Positions 23,986-35,736 of a stretch of DNA of 64,000 bases are shown in pieces. The stretch spans positions 372,001 through 436,000 of the forward strand of contig CBFDEM010000047.1 of assembly GCA_965603825.1 (NCBI GenBank), written 5' to 3'. The notes below the pieces were generated by a model that saw only the letters and a program-made list of their open reading frames with translations, did no database searches and was not told the origin of the DNA. Source of the stretch: Blepharisma stoltei ATCC 30299. Its lineage: Eukaryota; Protista; Ciliophora. The position numbers were made by a program, and so were the translations under genes. Position 1 is the stretch's first letter. Every line of letters begins with the position of its first letter.

Positions 23986-24999
23986 TTAGCTCATATTATT
24001 ATTTAGCACATATGCCAAGCTTCTCCCTTCAGATATCATAGCTGCTGCATATCCAAACTCTGAAATTACTTTGCGTGATCCTTCTTTATTGCAAACATCT
24101 CCAAGGTTTCTTACAGTTAAAAAAGGATCCCTTATGCATATAAGTTTGGTCCATTGGCTCTTAATTGGCTTACTCTCTTTCCTAGCGCGCTCTAACCTAG
24201 ATATATCTACTATCGTATCATATCATCCAAACGATTCATAAAATCGAAAATAATTATAAAGGAGCTCCCCTATTGTTTCTGTATTTCTTTGAGCCAATTC
24301 TCTATATTTCTCATAATCCCTATCAAATCCGCAATCAAATTCTTGATAAAAATCTGAAATTTTGTTATCATTTTGTAAATTTGGGAGAATAGGAGGCTGC
24401 CTTCTTTGCAAAAAATATATCACCAATAAAGAATGTGCATACTGAGATAATGTATGCTGTATGGTATCTGCGATTCCCATCATTTTTGCCCAATGCTTTA
24501 CAGTAACAACTAGTTGAGGCACTCTTTCATCAATTTTACTATAGGTATTGAGAAGTTCAGTGTTTCTTAGCGCAAAGTAATTGTTAAGAGAAATGCTGGA
24601 ATCTACATCAGGATGAGAAGTTAGCCTAAATTTTAGTATGCGAGTTCTCGCTTCTATAATGTTAGAGCTTATACATGAATTCCTGATGGTCTTTTTGATC
24701 CTTTTCAACACCTCAAGCTCTTCTACAGCCTGGGGGAATGTTAAGTTAAGATCTAAATCGCTTCCTACAATTCCAAAACCACTCCTTGCGGAGCCATAAA
24801 TTTCAACACTGCAATCACTTCTAATGCCTAGCTTCATCATTCTGTCTAATCGAGTTCTAATTCCTTCATAAATGCTGATAGTTTCATTGCTGAGGCGACT
24901 TGTTGTAAAAATAACTGCAATTTCTTCAGAAAGCGATTGGAAATCAATATTGATATTTATATTGTTTGTAGACATTGAATCTATCAGACTGCTTATCAT
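23986..24999 (-). CDS. Cid1/TUT-family terminal nucleotidyltransferase (337 aa)
   Basis: YGSARSGFGIVGSDLDL, ALRNTELL, VKHWAK, LSQYA, FLQRRQPPILP, FG(W=TGA 24225), CIRDPFLTVRNLG; TAA 23988-23986. Confidence 0.9.
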
Positions 25000-25340
25000 T
25001 TTCTATATAATATTATTTGGGAATTAAGACATTAAGTTCATTAGACAATTGGGGGTTTATGTTAGGAAAAATATATTCATTTAAAAATTTACATCAGTAT
25101 TGGATAAAATATAGATGAGCCACAATATGTGAATACTTATTGATAAGCTTTATTATTAGTTTTACTAATATTTCTCAATTTAAATTCAATTTTCCAAGAC
25201 TAAGTAGTCACAAATTTATAATGTTTTCATTTAAAAGCCAGCTATAAATAAACATTAATCATTATTTCTTAAAACAATATAATTTATCAATTTCTAGATT
25301 TTACTTGTGTCATCATTTAGCATGTCGAATTAAATTAAAA

Positions 25341-25883
25341 ATGAACCCAATTTCTGGAAAACCTCTACATAATAACAACAGCTTTGGAGTCAAGAACAAG
25401 CAAGAATTTAACATAATTCAGTGAGACACTCCTGATCTCCATAAAAACAGCAAGAAATTTCCCTCCGACCTCAAAACCAATCGCATTGATTACGCAACTG
25501 AAGAACGGCTCCGAAGAGAAGAAGAAAATAAGAGAAAAGCCTTAATTTATAACCAAAAACGAGAAGCAGCCATGAAGCGCGATCTTTTAATTTCACAAAA
25601 AAATACAATTGTGGAAATCAAAGAAGCTGAAAAGCTAGAGCAAAAAAGATCAAAATTTTCTGACTATAAATCCCATGCTGGGTTAGCATATAATAGCATT
25701 TCTCTTGAATATCACAATTCTCAGCGAGGAAAAGAGCTTCAGCGACAAGACGAATACCAACAACATAAAATGGGACAACGGTTCCAGTCTTTAGACTCAA
25801 AAAGAAATTCTGGGTTCAATATTATAACAGGGGAGCCTCGATATAATCTCATCAGCCAAATTCAGCCTTCCAGACACTCTTAA
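25341..25883 (+). CDS. Hypothetical protein with recurring NPISG/FNII/YNSI/FNIITG motifs (180 aa)
   Basis: ATG 25341 is in frame with ORF 25572-25883 through one TGA=Trp. Confidence 0.75.
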
Positions 25884-25898
25884 TTTTTATAAACTTTT

Positions 25899-26651
25899 TT
25901 AATTATCTGCTAATTCATATGAAACTCGTAAATTTTTCCCTTTTTTCTGCAATTTTGTAACTATGGCCCTCCCAATCTCTCTTATATGCTTGACGTGAGT
26001 CCCTCCGCATGGTCCGCCTGCATCAGCATTGCAGAGCTTCACAATTCTAATAGGCTTCCCAGGCTGAAAAAAGCTAGGAATATCAAAATTAGCCTTAGCT
26101 TCTTCATAATCATAAAGTCTCACACTTGTCCCTTCTTCAGTTTCTGCAATGAGCTTTTCCAGCACCTCATTAATTCTTGGAGCTGCAGTATCTCTTTCTT
26201 CATTTGGTAAAAGCGCTAAATACTCAACATAAGCTCCTCTTGGGAAGTGAAAACCTTTTCCAGGAGGCAAGTTATACCCCAAACTATGCACAGCTAAGTC
26301 AATTAAGTGCCCGGCTGAGTGCAGCCTTGCAAAAAGCCTTCTTTGATTTTCATCGATTTCAGCAATTACTTCACCTGAATTATCAAAAACAGTTTCTCCC
26401 AAGTATTTCCCAACATGCCAGATATTTTCATCCTCTTTATCATTCTCCAAAGTAGCTACTTGGAATTTTATCTCTCCCTGGGTGATAAAGCCAGAGTCAC
26501 TTGGCTGGCCACCCCCTTGAGGATGAAAAACAGTCCGATCAAGTTTGATTTTCCAGCTTCCTTCTGGAGCCTGAATGGAGCTTAATATTCTTGAATTGCA
26601 AGCAAATTTGTAGGAATCTTGCAAAAATTCTCGAACTAATGTTGACTCCAT
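25899..26651 (-). CDS. alaX: Free-standing alanyl-tRNA editing protein (AlaX-M type, 250 aa)
   Basis: LDRTVFHPQGGGQPSDSG, HSAGH, PCGGTHV; likely start is ATG 26651 (the upstream extension is antisense to the next gene). Confidence 0.92.
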   Translation of the reverse strand: MESTLVREFLQDSYKFACNSRILSSIQAPEGSWKIKLDRTVFHPQGGGQPSDSGFITQGEIKFQVATLENDKEDENIWHVGKYLGETVFDNSGEVIAEIDENQRRLFARLHSAGHLIDLAVHSLGYNLPPGKGFHFPRGAYVEYLALLPNEERDTAAPRINEVLEKLIAETEEGTSVRLYDYEEAKANFDIPSFFQPGKPIRIVKLCNADAGGPCGGTHVKHIREIGRAIVTKLQKKGKNLRVSYELADN

Positions 26652-26690
26652 TCTAAATATTATTTTTAGCATATAATTACGTGCTAATAA

Positions 26691-27422
26691 ATGGGCAAGA
26701 GCAACAATCAGATAAATAAGCAGCATCGTAAATCCAAAGAAAAAAAAGAAAAAAAGAAAAGATCCAAAGAAGAGCACTTCAAGCGCAAACACAAAGAAGA
26801 AGAAAAAAAGAAAGCAGAAAAATTTGAAGCAGAAAGGTACGATTTAGACGACTTTGCTTACAAGAAGCTATTAAAAAATATCAGCGAGCTATTAACTTAT
26901 AGCCAAGAAACTAAGGAAGCCATCCCACAGCTGTTTTCTATGCTAGACTCAGGCCATGAAGTAGACTTAACAGACATTGAAGATGGCTTTGTAAGAGAAC
27001 ATCTTGAAAAAATCATGGAAATCTTTGAAAAACAAGTCACAAAAACTGAAGATGAAGATGGAAGGTTCGTATATGTGAGATCAGGGAAAAAAAGTTTGGA
27101 AAATCAAATCAAGTTGTATATAGAAAACAGCAGCAGCGACTCTAAAAGGGAGCAATGGATGACCTCAATGTCCTCCAGCCTAGAAACTGCCTACAACTTA
27201 CCAGTCCCCAAGGCCAAAAAACCAGAGCCTGAAGAAAACCAAGAAGAAATCCGAAGCTTTATGCACAAATATGATCATGAAAATCGGCCTAAGTCTCTTA
27301 TGGAGCTTCACCAAGAAAAGCATGGAATCTCCCAAGACTCCAACACAGACCAATACCTGTATGGCCACAAAACTCTTGATAAAAGGTTCGGGAAAGGGAA
27401 ATTTTACACCAGTTTTTCTTAA
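26691..27422 (+). CDS. Basic/acidic protein with a GPALPP1/DUF3752-like C-terminus (243 aa)
   Basis: REQWMT, RPKSLMELHQEK, LDKRFGKGKF resemble the DUF3752 family as I recall it. Confidence 0.65.
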   Translation: MGKSNNQINKQHRKSKEKKEKKKRSKEEHFKRKHKEEEKKKAEKFEAERYDLDDFAYKKLLKNISELLTYSQETKEAIPQLFSMLDSGHEVDLTDIEDGFVREHLEKIMEIFEKQVTKTEDEDGRFVYVRSGKKSLENQIKLYIENSSSDSKREQWMTSMSSSLETAYNLPVPKAKKPEPEENQEEIRSFMHKYDHENRPKSLMELHQEKHGISQDSNTDQYLYGHKTLDKRFGKGKFYTSFS

Positions 27423-27436
27423 TAATTAATCATAAA

Positions 27437-27994
27437 ATGGCTAGAAAATCAAGTCAAGTCCAGGGTGAGCAAATTTGGAATCAGTCCGAAAAAGTCAACG
27501 CAGAACTTTTTGCCTTTACTTATGGCTCTTTAGTAGTCAAATTAATCAGAGAGCTCGAAAACATCAGCGAAGTTAACAGACAGCTTGAAACAATGGGTTA
27601 TAATATAGGACTTAGACTTATTGACGATTTTCTCAGCAAAAATGATGTGACTTGTGAAACGACCAAAGACACAGCTGAAGTAATAGCGAAAACTGGATTT
27701 AGAATGTATTTAGGGGTTACCTGTGACGTTACCAATTGGAATGCTGATGAAAATGAGTTTTCCTTGATACTTGCTGACAACCCTCTTACAGAGTTCGTAG
27801 AATTAAACGAAGATTATCGCGATTTAAAGTACCTGAATTTATTATGTGGAGTAATCAGAGGAGCCTTAGAAATGGTGAGGATCAAATCAGTCTGCACATT
27901 GGAAAGAGACTCACTTAAAGGCGATGAGTTTACCGAACTTAGGGTAGTTATCAAGGAAAAAGTCCAAGACGAGTATGAACCTGATGATGATTAA
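27437..27994 (+). CDS. BET3: TRAPP complex subunit Bet3/TRAPPC3
   Basis: ELFAFTYGSLV, MGYNIGLRLIDDFL, NPLTEFVEL, LLCGVIRGALEMV. Confidence 0.97.
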   Translation: MARKSSQVQGEQIWNQSEKVNAELFAFTYGSLVVKLIRELENISEVNRQLETMGYNIGLRLIDDFLSKNDVTCETTKDTAEVIAKTGFRMYLGVTCDVTNWNADENEFSLILADNPLTEFVELNEDYRDLKYLNLLCGVIRGALEMVRIKSVCTLERDSLKGDEFTELRVVIKEKVQDEYEPDDD

Positions 27995-28010
27995 TTAACA
28001 TTTACATAAA

Positions 28011-29465
28011 TTAGCCTTTTCTTCTGCGGCTCAGTGTGAGCTTTATAAAATCAAGATTTTCTGAACCGAATTTCAGCTCATCTTCTGCAATTCTATCTAT
28101 TAGCTTTGTAAATCTTCGTCTGGGGGTTCGTTGGATTGCCAAAGCGTTTGCTTTTTCAGGGTCAGTTTTGACAGGCTTATTGAGTTTTCCTAATAAGAGC
28201 TTTGTGGCTTGTTGAGCGACATAAGTGCCTGTTAAGGAGACATGAGATGTTATATCAGTCATGGACTGGATCATAGATTTAAGGTTATTGAAGCCTTCAG
28301 AGTATTTTCGTTTAACAAAGTTTTTAGCTGAGGCGATTTTTTCAGCGTATTTTTTTTCAAGAGGCATGTCAGGAAGATGATCTTCTCTTCTTTTAATCCA
28401 TTTTTGGTATGACATGAATTTCAGGTAGGATATTTGGTCTTTTCCTATAAGTTTGTCAACTTCATTTTCTATTAATTTTTGCTGATGAGTTGACTTAGTT
28501 TCAAGATTTAACAAGAACGATGTTGGTTTACTATGCCTGGAGCTAGGTTGCAGAGTTTTAGTAGAGTTTGTTTGGTATAAATCAGATCTTGTTCGTCTAT
28601 GTGTTGTTCTAATAAACCGTTCACAGATTCTAGCTGTATTAATTTCATCATTTTGATCAACATTACAGATTTTCAAAGATGGAACACTGAGTCCACTTTC
28701 TAATGAAAATCGTTTGGCGTTGAACTTATCCCCAGTTTTATATGAGTGTAATCCTAGAAAATACCATTTGCGGTCAGAGTTCTGTACGAAATCTAGCGAG
28801 AACTTCATAAGTTTTTGTTTCTTAATCACAGTATTTTCTAATAAAATTTTCACATACTCTAAAAACTCACACAGATCAACTGTTTCTGTTGACAATTTTA
28901 TATACTTCGACTTGATTTCTTTGTTTATCAAAAACCTTACTTTATTTGCATAATTTGTAAACAAAGGGTCATTTATATCAGGGCTGTTGCTATTAAAAAT
29001 TTGGTTAAATAGTGAAATTTGTGAAACTGAAGCATTAAATGGCAGCTGATTTCTGATGAATTTAACTTGAACATGCTCTGGGGTTCTTCATTGAATTCTT
29101 GTAACTTGTGCACAATTTCCAATAGAAATAACGTATTTTTGAAAAGTGAAGGCTTTTTTTTCTTCAATTAATATCGATGCTATTAATAAAGCATCTTGGA
29201 TGCACATAACAAGCTGGATTTCAGTTTCTGTTTTAAAGACACCAAATGGAAATTTTGGGTTTTCATGCTTAAATGCTTCGAGATTGGAAATTAATGATAA
29301 ATCAGATAGTTCAATAAATTCCAGAAACTTTCCGTTGTCTTTGATTAGTGTCAAAGCTTCGAAGCCGAATCCTTGAATTAATGTGTCTGGGAGAGGTAAA
29401 CTGATCTATATAGCCAATACTTTATTGTTCTTTGCTGCAAGTTTCAGCAATTTAAAGAAATGCAT
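28011..29465 (-). CDS. Hypothetical protein (479 aa, one intron)
   Basis: ATG 29465; intron 29406-29420; ORFs 29088-29354 and 28011-28964 join via TGA=Trp. Confidence 0.72.
29406..29420 (-). other. 15-nt intron GTATTGGCTATATAG
   Basis: Phase-0 intron ending in an in-frame TAG; removal links ATG 29465 to the downstream ORF. Confidence 0.75.
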
Positions 29466-29482
29466 ACCTAATAAATTATTAA

Positions 29483-30247
29483 TTAATCTTCAGACACCTT
29501 AGGTGCTAAGTAATATTTCAAAACTCCCAACTCAAAATTAAAAATCAAAACTAAGGGCAAGTCAGTAGCAATCATTAGTACAGCTTCATCTCCTAAACTC
29601 GCGCCCTTGTTGAACAAGTTCAAATACCTCAATGCATATGAGCAGCTCACATTTTCATTGACTTCTAAATGAACTTTATTTTTTCCATCATTTTTGGGCT
29701 TCAGTGAAATTTTTCCTTCCCCAATATCTCCCCCAACTTTAAAATGGACGCTTTGCTTTGTTACTTCAATGGCCAATGTTTCAGTCATCTGTGACATATC
29801 TCGGCATATCCTTGTGAATTCTGCGCTTGGCAGGGTAATGACACAAGGATACTCTTGTTCTGGAATCCCCAGATGTTCTGAGTCTAAATTTAATAAATTA
29901 AGATTAAACTCAGACACTTTATCATCATCTTTTCCCTCAAAAATAAACGTAATTATACTCGCATTGTCCTCAGCACGAATTTGAACGCGATCGTCATTTT
30001 CAGCGCACTTGAGAATCTTACCTAAATTTGTAATTGAAAGGCCTAAAGTTTGGGCGCGATCACAGCGGAATTCGTCAAAGCCATTTGCGTCAAGGATAAA
30101 AGTGACTAAAGCAACATGAGAAGCATCCATTGCTTGGAGAGAAATGCCTGCAGGCGTACACTCGAAGTTTACATCTGTCACGAGCTCTTTTAAGGCTTCA
30201 ACAATCCTCTTTAGAATAAGTGCTTTGCTTAGTAATGCTTCGAACAT
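29483..30247 (-). CDS. PCNA: Proliferating cell nuclear antigen
   Basis: MFEA..., LQAMDASHVALV, EHLGIPE, LKYYLAPK. Confidence 0.98.
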   Translation of the reverse strand: MFEALLSKALILKRIVEALKELVTDVNFECTPAGISLQAMDASHVALVTFILDANGFDEFRCDRAQTLGLSITNLGKILKCAENDDRVQIRAEDNASIITFIFEGKDDDKVSEFNLNLLNLDSEHLGIPEQEYPCVITLPSAEFTRICRDMSQMTETLAIEVTKQSVHFKVGGDIGEGKISLKPKNDGKNKVHLEVNENVSCSYALRYLNLFNKGASLGDEAVLMIATDLPLVLIFNFELGVLKYYLAPKVSED

Positions 30248-30536
30248 ATTAATATGGAATTCAGAAATAAATAGGAAATAGTAGGAAATATTAGCGAAAA
30301 CTCATAATTAGATGATATAAAAACTATTTTTGGGTTGATTAAGTATGATTGATAGCTATTATTGTATTTTTTACCATTTTTTCTTTAAGAACTGCATTTA
30401 ATATATAATTTATGCAGCCAAAGAAAGCGAGTTTAACTTTCTTATTAAATATTAAATATCTGCAAAGGCAAATATATATGAATAAAAGTAAATAGTTTTA
30501 TTTAGAATAACGCTCTAATTAGAACTTAAAATAATA

Positions 30537-30758
30537 ATGGAAGACGATCATAATCTAGACGAGCTAAAACTCAAAGCTCAATCTTTAGAATCAACAAAGG
30601 AAAAGCTTATGGCTGCAATTCAAACAACGCGCCAATCCATCTTTAATTACCAATCATGAATCTCTCAGTTAGAAAAGCAAAATGAAGCCTTGGAAATTGA
30701 ATTATCCAAGAAGAAAGAAGAAATAAAAAATAAAAGAAGATCTTTGAGGGGCAGATAA
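30537..30758 (+). CDS. Small coiled-coil protein (73 aa), missed by the ORF track
   Basis: ATG 30537, one TGA=Trp, TAA 30756-30758; heptad-like sequence. Confidence 0.65.
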
Positions 30759-30816
30759 TAGTTTATACATAACCATTGTGTTTTAAATTTAAATTTATAA
30801 TAAAATATTCACATTG

Positions 30817-33243
30817 CTACATAATTGTTGTCTCTGCTTTAGTAGGAACTAACCCCCGCTTTTTCATCCTGCTCTTTATTACCATGATTTTCTCTCTCAG
30901 CGCAGGTGTGAGCGATAAAAATTTTCTTCTTTTTACTATAGAATTTGTATTTTTAGCATTTTCTTGCCTCTTAAGTGGCGAAGTGGGCGCAATTTTGGGC
31001 AGAAAAGATTCTCGATTTATTTCATCAATTTTTGTAGGTGAATTTGGAGCAGCTTGTATATTAAAAGAGTCTTTAAAGTTTTCAGTGGATTTGTTTCCAT
31101 TTGAATTTCTGTCACTATTTGATTTTTGTACAAAATTTTCTATTTATTTCTTACCATTTCTTGAAAAAATACTTCTTTCCCTTGACATTTTTTCTAGATT
31201 AAGCTTAAAGAGCTTTGGAGGACTTTCACTAGATTCCCTTGGTCTTAAAGTTTCAATAAACGGCAAATTATTAGTTTTCTCATTAGGAGATTCACTTCTT
31301 TCGTCTTCAGAGTCCTCACTGTCTGATTCATTGGTGTCGCTTTCTTCTTCCTCTTCATTGCATTCCATTTTAATCACGCTTATGATATCTTCTAAATTAC
31401 GTTTTGTATGGTGATCTTTGTTGAAAGTTAAAGGAAAAATGTAATCCTTTGGTACTGAATTATTAATTAAGGTAATTTGCTTTGGATAGGAAATAGGAGA
31501 ATTATCGTGAATATGCTGAACTATGTCTTCATCGTGAAGCTCTATAGCAGTAATTTCATTTACTTCAGTTTGAACGGTACTTAGTTGTCTTGATTTTTGA
31601 CTCCTCCTATGCTGAGCACGGTAGAGTTTGAGCTTTTGCTCTGTTTTCAACAAAGTATGGTACTCTAAAATAGTTCTTGCAACATTTTCTCCTAATCCTA
31701 GCAAGTTATGGATTTCAAATGCTACAGTTTCTCTGTGCTCGTCTAGATAGCCAAAGTATGAAGTTTCTAATGTGTAAGAATTGATTACATTAAATTCTGT
31801 AGAAATCACAACTCTTGCTGTCCTTTTTTTCGCTTTTTCTTTTACAAATCTCGATGAGTGAAATCTAAAAATGCAGTCTCTTTCGCTCAGCAGCTTAGGG
31901 ATAACCCTACATTTTAAATATAAAGGATTGTGCAATGGATAATATGGCCCATACATAAAAGCTCCTTTTCTGCAAAAATGCCCATGCATATCTATGTACA
32001 TAAAGACTTTTCTAGGGGATTCTCTAGTAAGCTCTTTTATTAATTCTTTTAAAGAACATATATTAGGATGCAGCTTTTGGCTTGGACATGTAAAGCAGCG
32101 ATTTTGATCATGGCCGTTAAAATCAGTACGGGAATTACCAAGGATAACTCCGTCTGGATTTGTCATTGGGATTACCTTAAAAATGAACCGATTTCGTAGC
32201 TTAGCAGCCTCTATATGTTTACTGCAAATAAACCTAAGAAATCCTTCTACAGTCCAAGAGCCAACAGTCTCAGATGGATGGATTCTACCAGTCACCACAA
32301 TGAATTTTTTAAATTGGTCATCTACCTTTGGGTTTGTTATTGTAAGAATAGGAATATCAATGAGGCTTAAGCTTTTACATAAAACTGAGAGAGAAATGTT
32401 AGAAGTTTCATAAGAATTGGAGTCTGTTGTTAATGTATTTAGAAATTTTGTTAGCCTTGTAAGGGTGTATGGTACAGTTGTTGCGAACCAAACTTTATCG
32501 TTGGGGTATTCAAAATCGTAGTCAAACGTAAGTTGATTGTAAGGTTTCTTAGGGGTGCTTCCAAAGCATTTATTAATTTTACTACTTGAAAAGCACAAGT
32601 TTTCTCCTCCGTACTCCCAACCTTTACTTCTGCTATTTCGAACTCTTTCAATACTGAAAACTCGAGGCCTAAGCCCATGCCGATATAAAGGTGAATTTCT
32701 TGAGAAATTCACTATATTGAATCTAACCCTCCTTGGCTTTGCAATCCCCATAACAGAAAAATAAAACCAATGCATATGCCCCAAAGTATTTGTATCTGGC
32801 CTCATATATAAATCATACTCATTCTCATTAACCATATAAACCTGGTCTAAATTCCCCCCTTCAAAAACTGAATCAAAAATCAATGAACCTTCAGGGATAT
32901 CTTTAATCATCCCAGTATCTACTGGAGTTTCAGATTTATTTCGTTTAGATAAATATTCGTGAGCTCTTATAGATGGTTCAGAAAAATCAAATGGATAAGT
33001 GTCTGTAGAGTTATTAGTTAGCTTGGAATGGACTTTAAAAGAATCAGAAGGCTGCCAACCTTGATAAATCTGTTGGAGTTTTTGGCCTGGTTCATTGCAT
33101 ACAGGAAGTTCTAAGTCAAAGTAAAGAGGAATTGGGTCTTTTAAAAATTTTGGTCGCCAGCCCATAATCATATCAGACTCAAGAGAATAGCCTTTGCTTG
33201 CTAAAGGAGTTGCTAATGGTAAACTGCTCTCATAATAGGACAT
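30817..33243 (-). CDS. Cytosolic carboxypeptidase (M14D, CCP/AGBL tubulin deglutamylase family; 803 aa, one intron)
   Basis: FEGGNL, WFYF, PYT, RIHPSE, NPDGVILGN, DMHGH, YTLE; intron 31140-31154 extends the frame to TAG 30819-30817. Confidence 0.9.
31140..31154 (-). other. 15-nt intron GTAAGAAATAAATAG
   Basis: Removes an in-frame TAA; 107 further open codons follow. Confidence 0.8.
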
Positions 33244-33302
33244 ATTAGTGAATTAAATGATTTTTTATTATTTCATATATCTACAGAATTAGTTTATAGT
33301 CT

Positions 33303-34769
33303 TTACCGAGAGGAAAGACGCTTAAGCAAGTAGTCTTTGAGAGAAGCCACGCTGATTATACCTTCATGGTTTTTGTCGATTTCTTCAGAAAATTTCTCCC
33401 ATTCAGCTTCTTCTAGCCCATAAATGCTTCTTTTAAATTCGTTCAAAGATAAATAGCCATTAGAAGTAATATTATATGCCTGGAAAGCTTTTTCAAACTC
33501 TTGCTTTTGGAATAAAAGGCTCCAATTAGTTGAAGCGACAAGAAAGCCTGAGTAATCCATGCGGCCACAATTATCAGAATCGCAGTTCTCTATAATTTGA
33601 TCTAAATCAATCTGTTGACTTGTGGCAAGCAATTTTGACCCTTCTAAAATTTCTTGTCTGCTGATTACTCCATCTCCATTTGTATCTAAGCTTTTAAAGA
33701 GTTTTCTGAGTTCACTTTCTTCTCTGAAAGTCTGTACTCGAGCAGCAATAAATGCCAAAATTTTTTTATCTAATTTTGACTTTGCTCGGAAATTGCATAA
33801 TTGTTCGAAAATTTGATGATTTAGTGGGACATCTTCAATTTCATTAAAAATATGTTTTTTTATCCATGGATGGTCTAATACTTCTTGTGCTGAAATTCGC
33901 TTTTCTGGATCGATTTCTATAGTTTTTCTTAATAAATCTTTTGCTTCTTGGCTAACGTGGCTTCATATCCCTTTGTTTAGCTCTATGTTTCCTTTTTTGA
34001 TGTATCCTATTACTTCTTGAGGAGTTGATCCAACAAAAGGAGGCCTCCCGCATAGCATGAAATATATGATAACCCCAACGCTCCAGACATCGCATTTGCT
34101 GTCAAAAATCCCAGAAAATACTTCTGGGGCTTGGTAATAAATTCCTTCAGATTTCACAAAAAAATTTGTTTCTTCTGATGGTTTTTGAGTTACTCCAAAA
34201 TCAGTGATTTTTAATAGAGCATCAGGGTCTTTAGCTTCGAATAGGAGCATTTCAGGCTTTAAACATCCAAATGTAACACTGTTTGAGTGGGAATAGTTAA
34301 CTGCAGTCATAATTTCTTGAGTGTATTTGGCTGCGAGTTTTTCTCCGAAGCGGATTTCAGATAAAATCTTTTGAGAGAGATCACCACCTACTAGCAGCTC
34401 CGTCACGATATAATAGCTAAATTCAGACTCTACAACTTCAAAAATCTTCATTATATTCGGGTGATGGAGACTCCTCAGCATTTCGAGTTCACACAACATT
34501 TGCTCCTCGGAGTTTAAATCAAGCTTTGATTTTTGAATTTCTTTTATGGCCCTCATGTACCCACTTCTCTTTTCAATTGCTTTAAATACTGTTCCGAAGC
34601 CTTCGCTGCTTATGATCAAAATGATTTCATAAGTGTCGCGAATTTGCCCTTTTCGTGTAGGAATTCTCGGCTTTTGTTTTAAATTTTTCTGACTTCCCAG
34701 GCTTGAAATGCTCGTTTTGCGGCTCTGAACAGGGTTTTGGTTTGCGATACTAGAATTACAACAGCCCAT
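33303..34769 (-). CDS. CDPK-like protein (kinase fold plus EF hands, 488 aa), probable pseudokinase
   Basis: MGCC start at 34769; RAIK, DFG, APE, DVWSVG; GI(W=TGA 33965); EF hands DTNGDGVISRQE and DSDNCGRMDYSG; the HRD motif reads FGC. Confidence 0.85.
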
Positions 34770-35152
34770 TGTGCGTATTTTTAAAAATTTATTATATAAA
34801 ATCTGGTGATTTTGAGGCTGTAGGCCAATACGGGACCAAATTGAAAAATCAGCCACAAGTCTAATAGGGAAACGATGGATTAATAAGAATTTGAGTGTAA
34901 AAATTTTATTTGAGAAAGCTGTGAAATAATTGGGTTAACTGTGAATCCCATTCGGTACTGAATTAATTAGTAAGCGAAATATTTGCCATTTTAAAATTTA
35001 GCTTATTGATTAAGTTTTTATTAGATTCATGCAATTATATATGTTTCAATCTGGCACAATATCACTAGGTTTAGTCAATCTTATTTTCAATTAAAATTAA
35101 ATGCAATAATATTGAATTTGCACTATTCATTTAAAAAAAAGCTAAAATTATT

Positions 35153-35689
35153 ATGTTTTTATTTGTATATGCAGCAGTAATATCAGAAACCACAATCATA
35201 GAAGAAATTTTTTCCCCTGATGAAGCCATGTCCTACTACATTGCTGAAAGCTATAACTTTACCTACCCTTATACCCTTGTCGAAAGCAATCATACAAAAA
35301 GCTATATAAAAATCTTGATTGATCCCTGCAAATCTAAACGTGAATATTGTTGCGAAGGCTATGGTGAAGCTATGTGTGAAGATAATCTCGTCGTTTATGC
35401 AGGCCCTAATCTAGAAATTGCTTGAGCTAATAACAACTTTGCAGTGATTTGCAATAATGAGTTCGAAAATCAGCCTGATTGCGGAGATTTTATTGAAATT
35501 CATCCTCCAGGGGACACTGAAATTATGAATTATGTGAGGATTACTCAGCTATACTCTTCTGGATTTCATACAGAGTTTTTGTACACAAAGAATATTACAT
35601 CAGGACACTATGAGCTGTGATGGGTTCATAAAGATAGAAGTGGTTATGATATATTGTATATAAAGCCTTTTTTCATAGTAAATGCTTAA
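35153..35689 (+). CDS. Hypothetical Cys-containing, probably secreted protein (178 aa)
   Basis: Short hydrophobic N-terminus; two TGA=Trp; TAA 35687-35689. Confidence 0.72.
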
Positions 35690-35736
35690 TTATTTTGCAA
35701 ATTATATTTTAGGAATTTATTTATTATGAGTTTGTA

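Noticed and set aside
26652-26792. Hydrophobic N-terminal extension of AlaX in the ORF track
   Set aside because: Mostly the antisense of the Lys-rich start of the neighbouring gene; ATG 26651 fits AlaX-M length
30776-31414. 212-aa plus-strand ORF and similar Phe/Ser/Leu-rich shadow ORFs throughout
   Set aside because: Antisense shadows of K/E-rich real genes with no independent motifs
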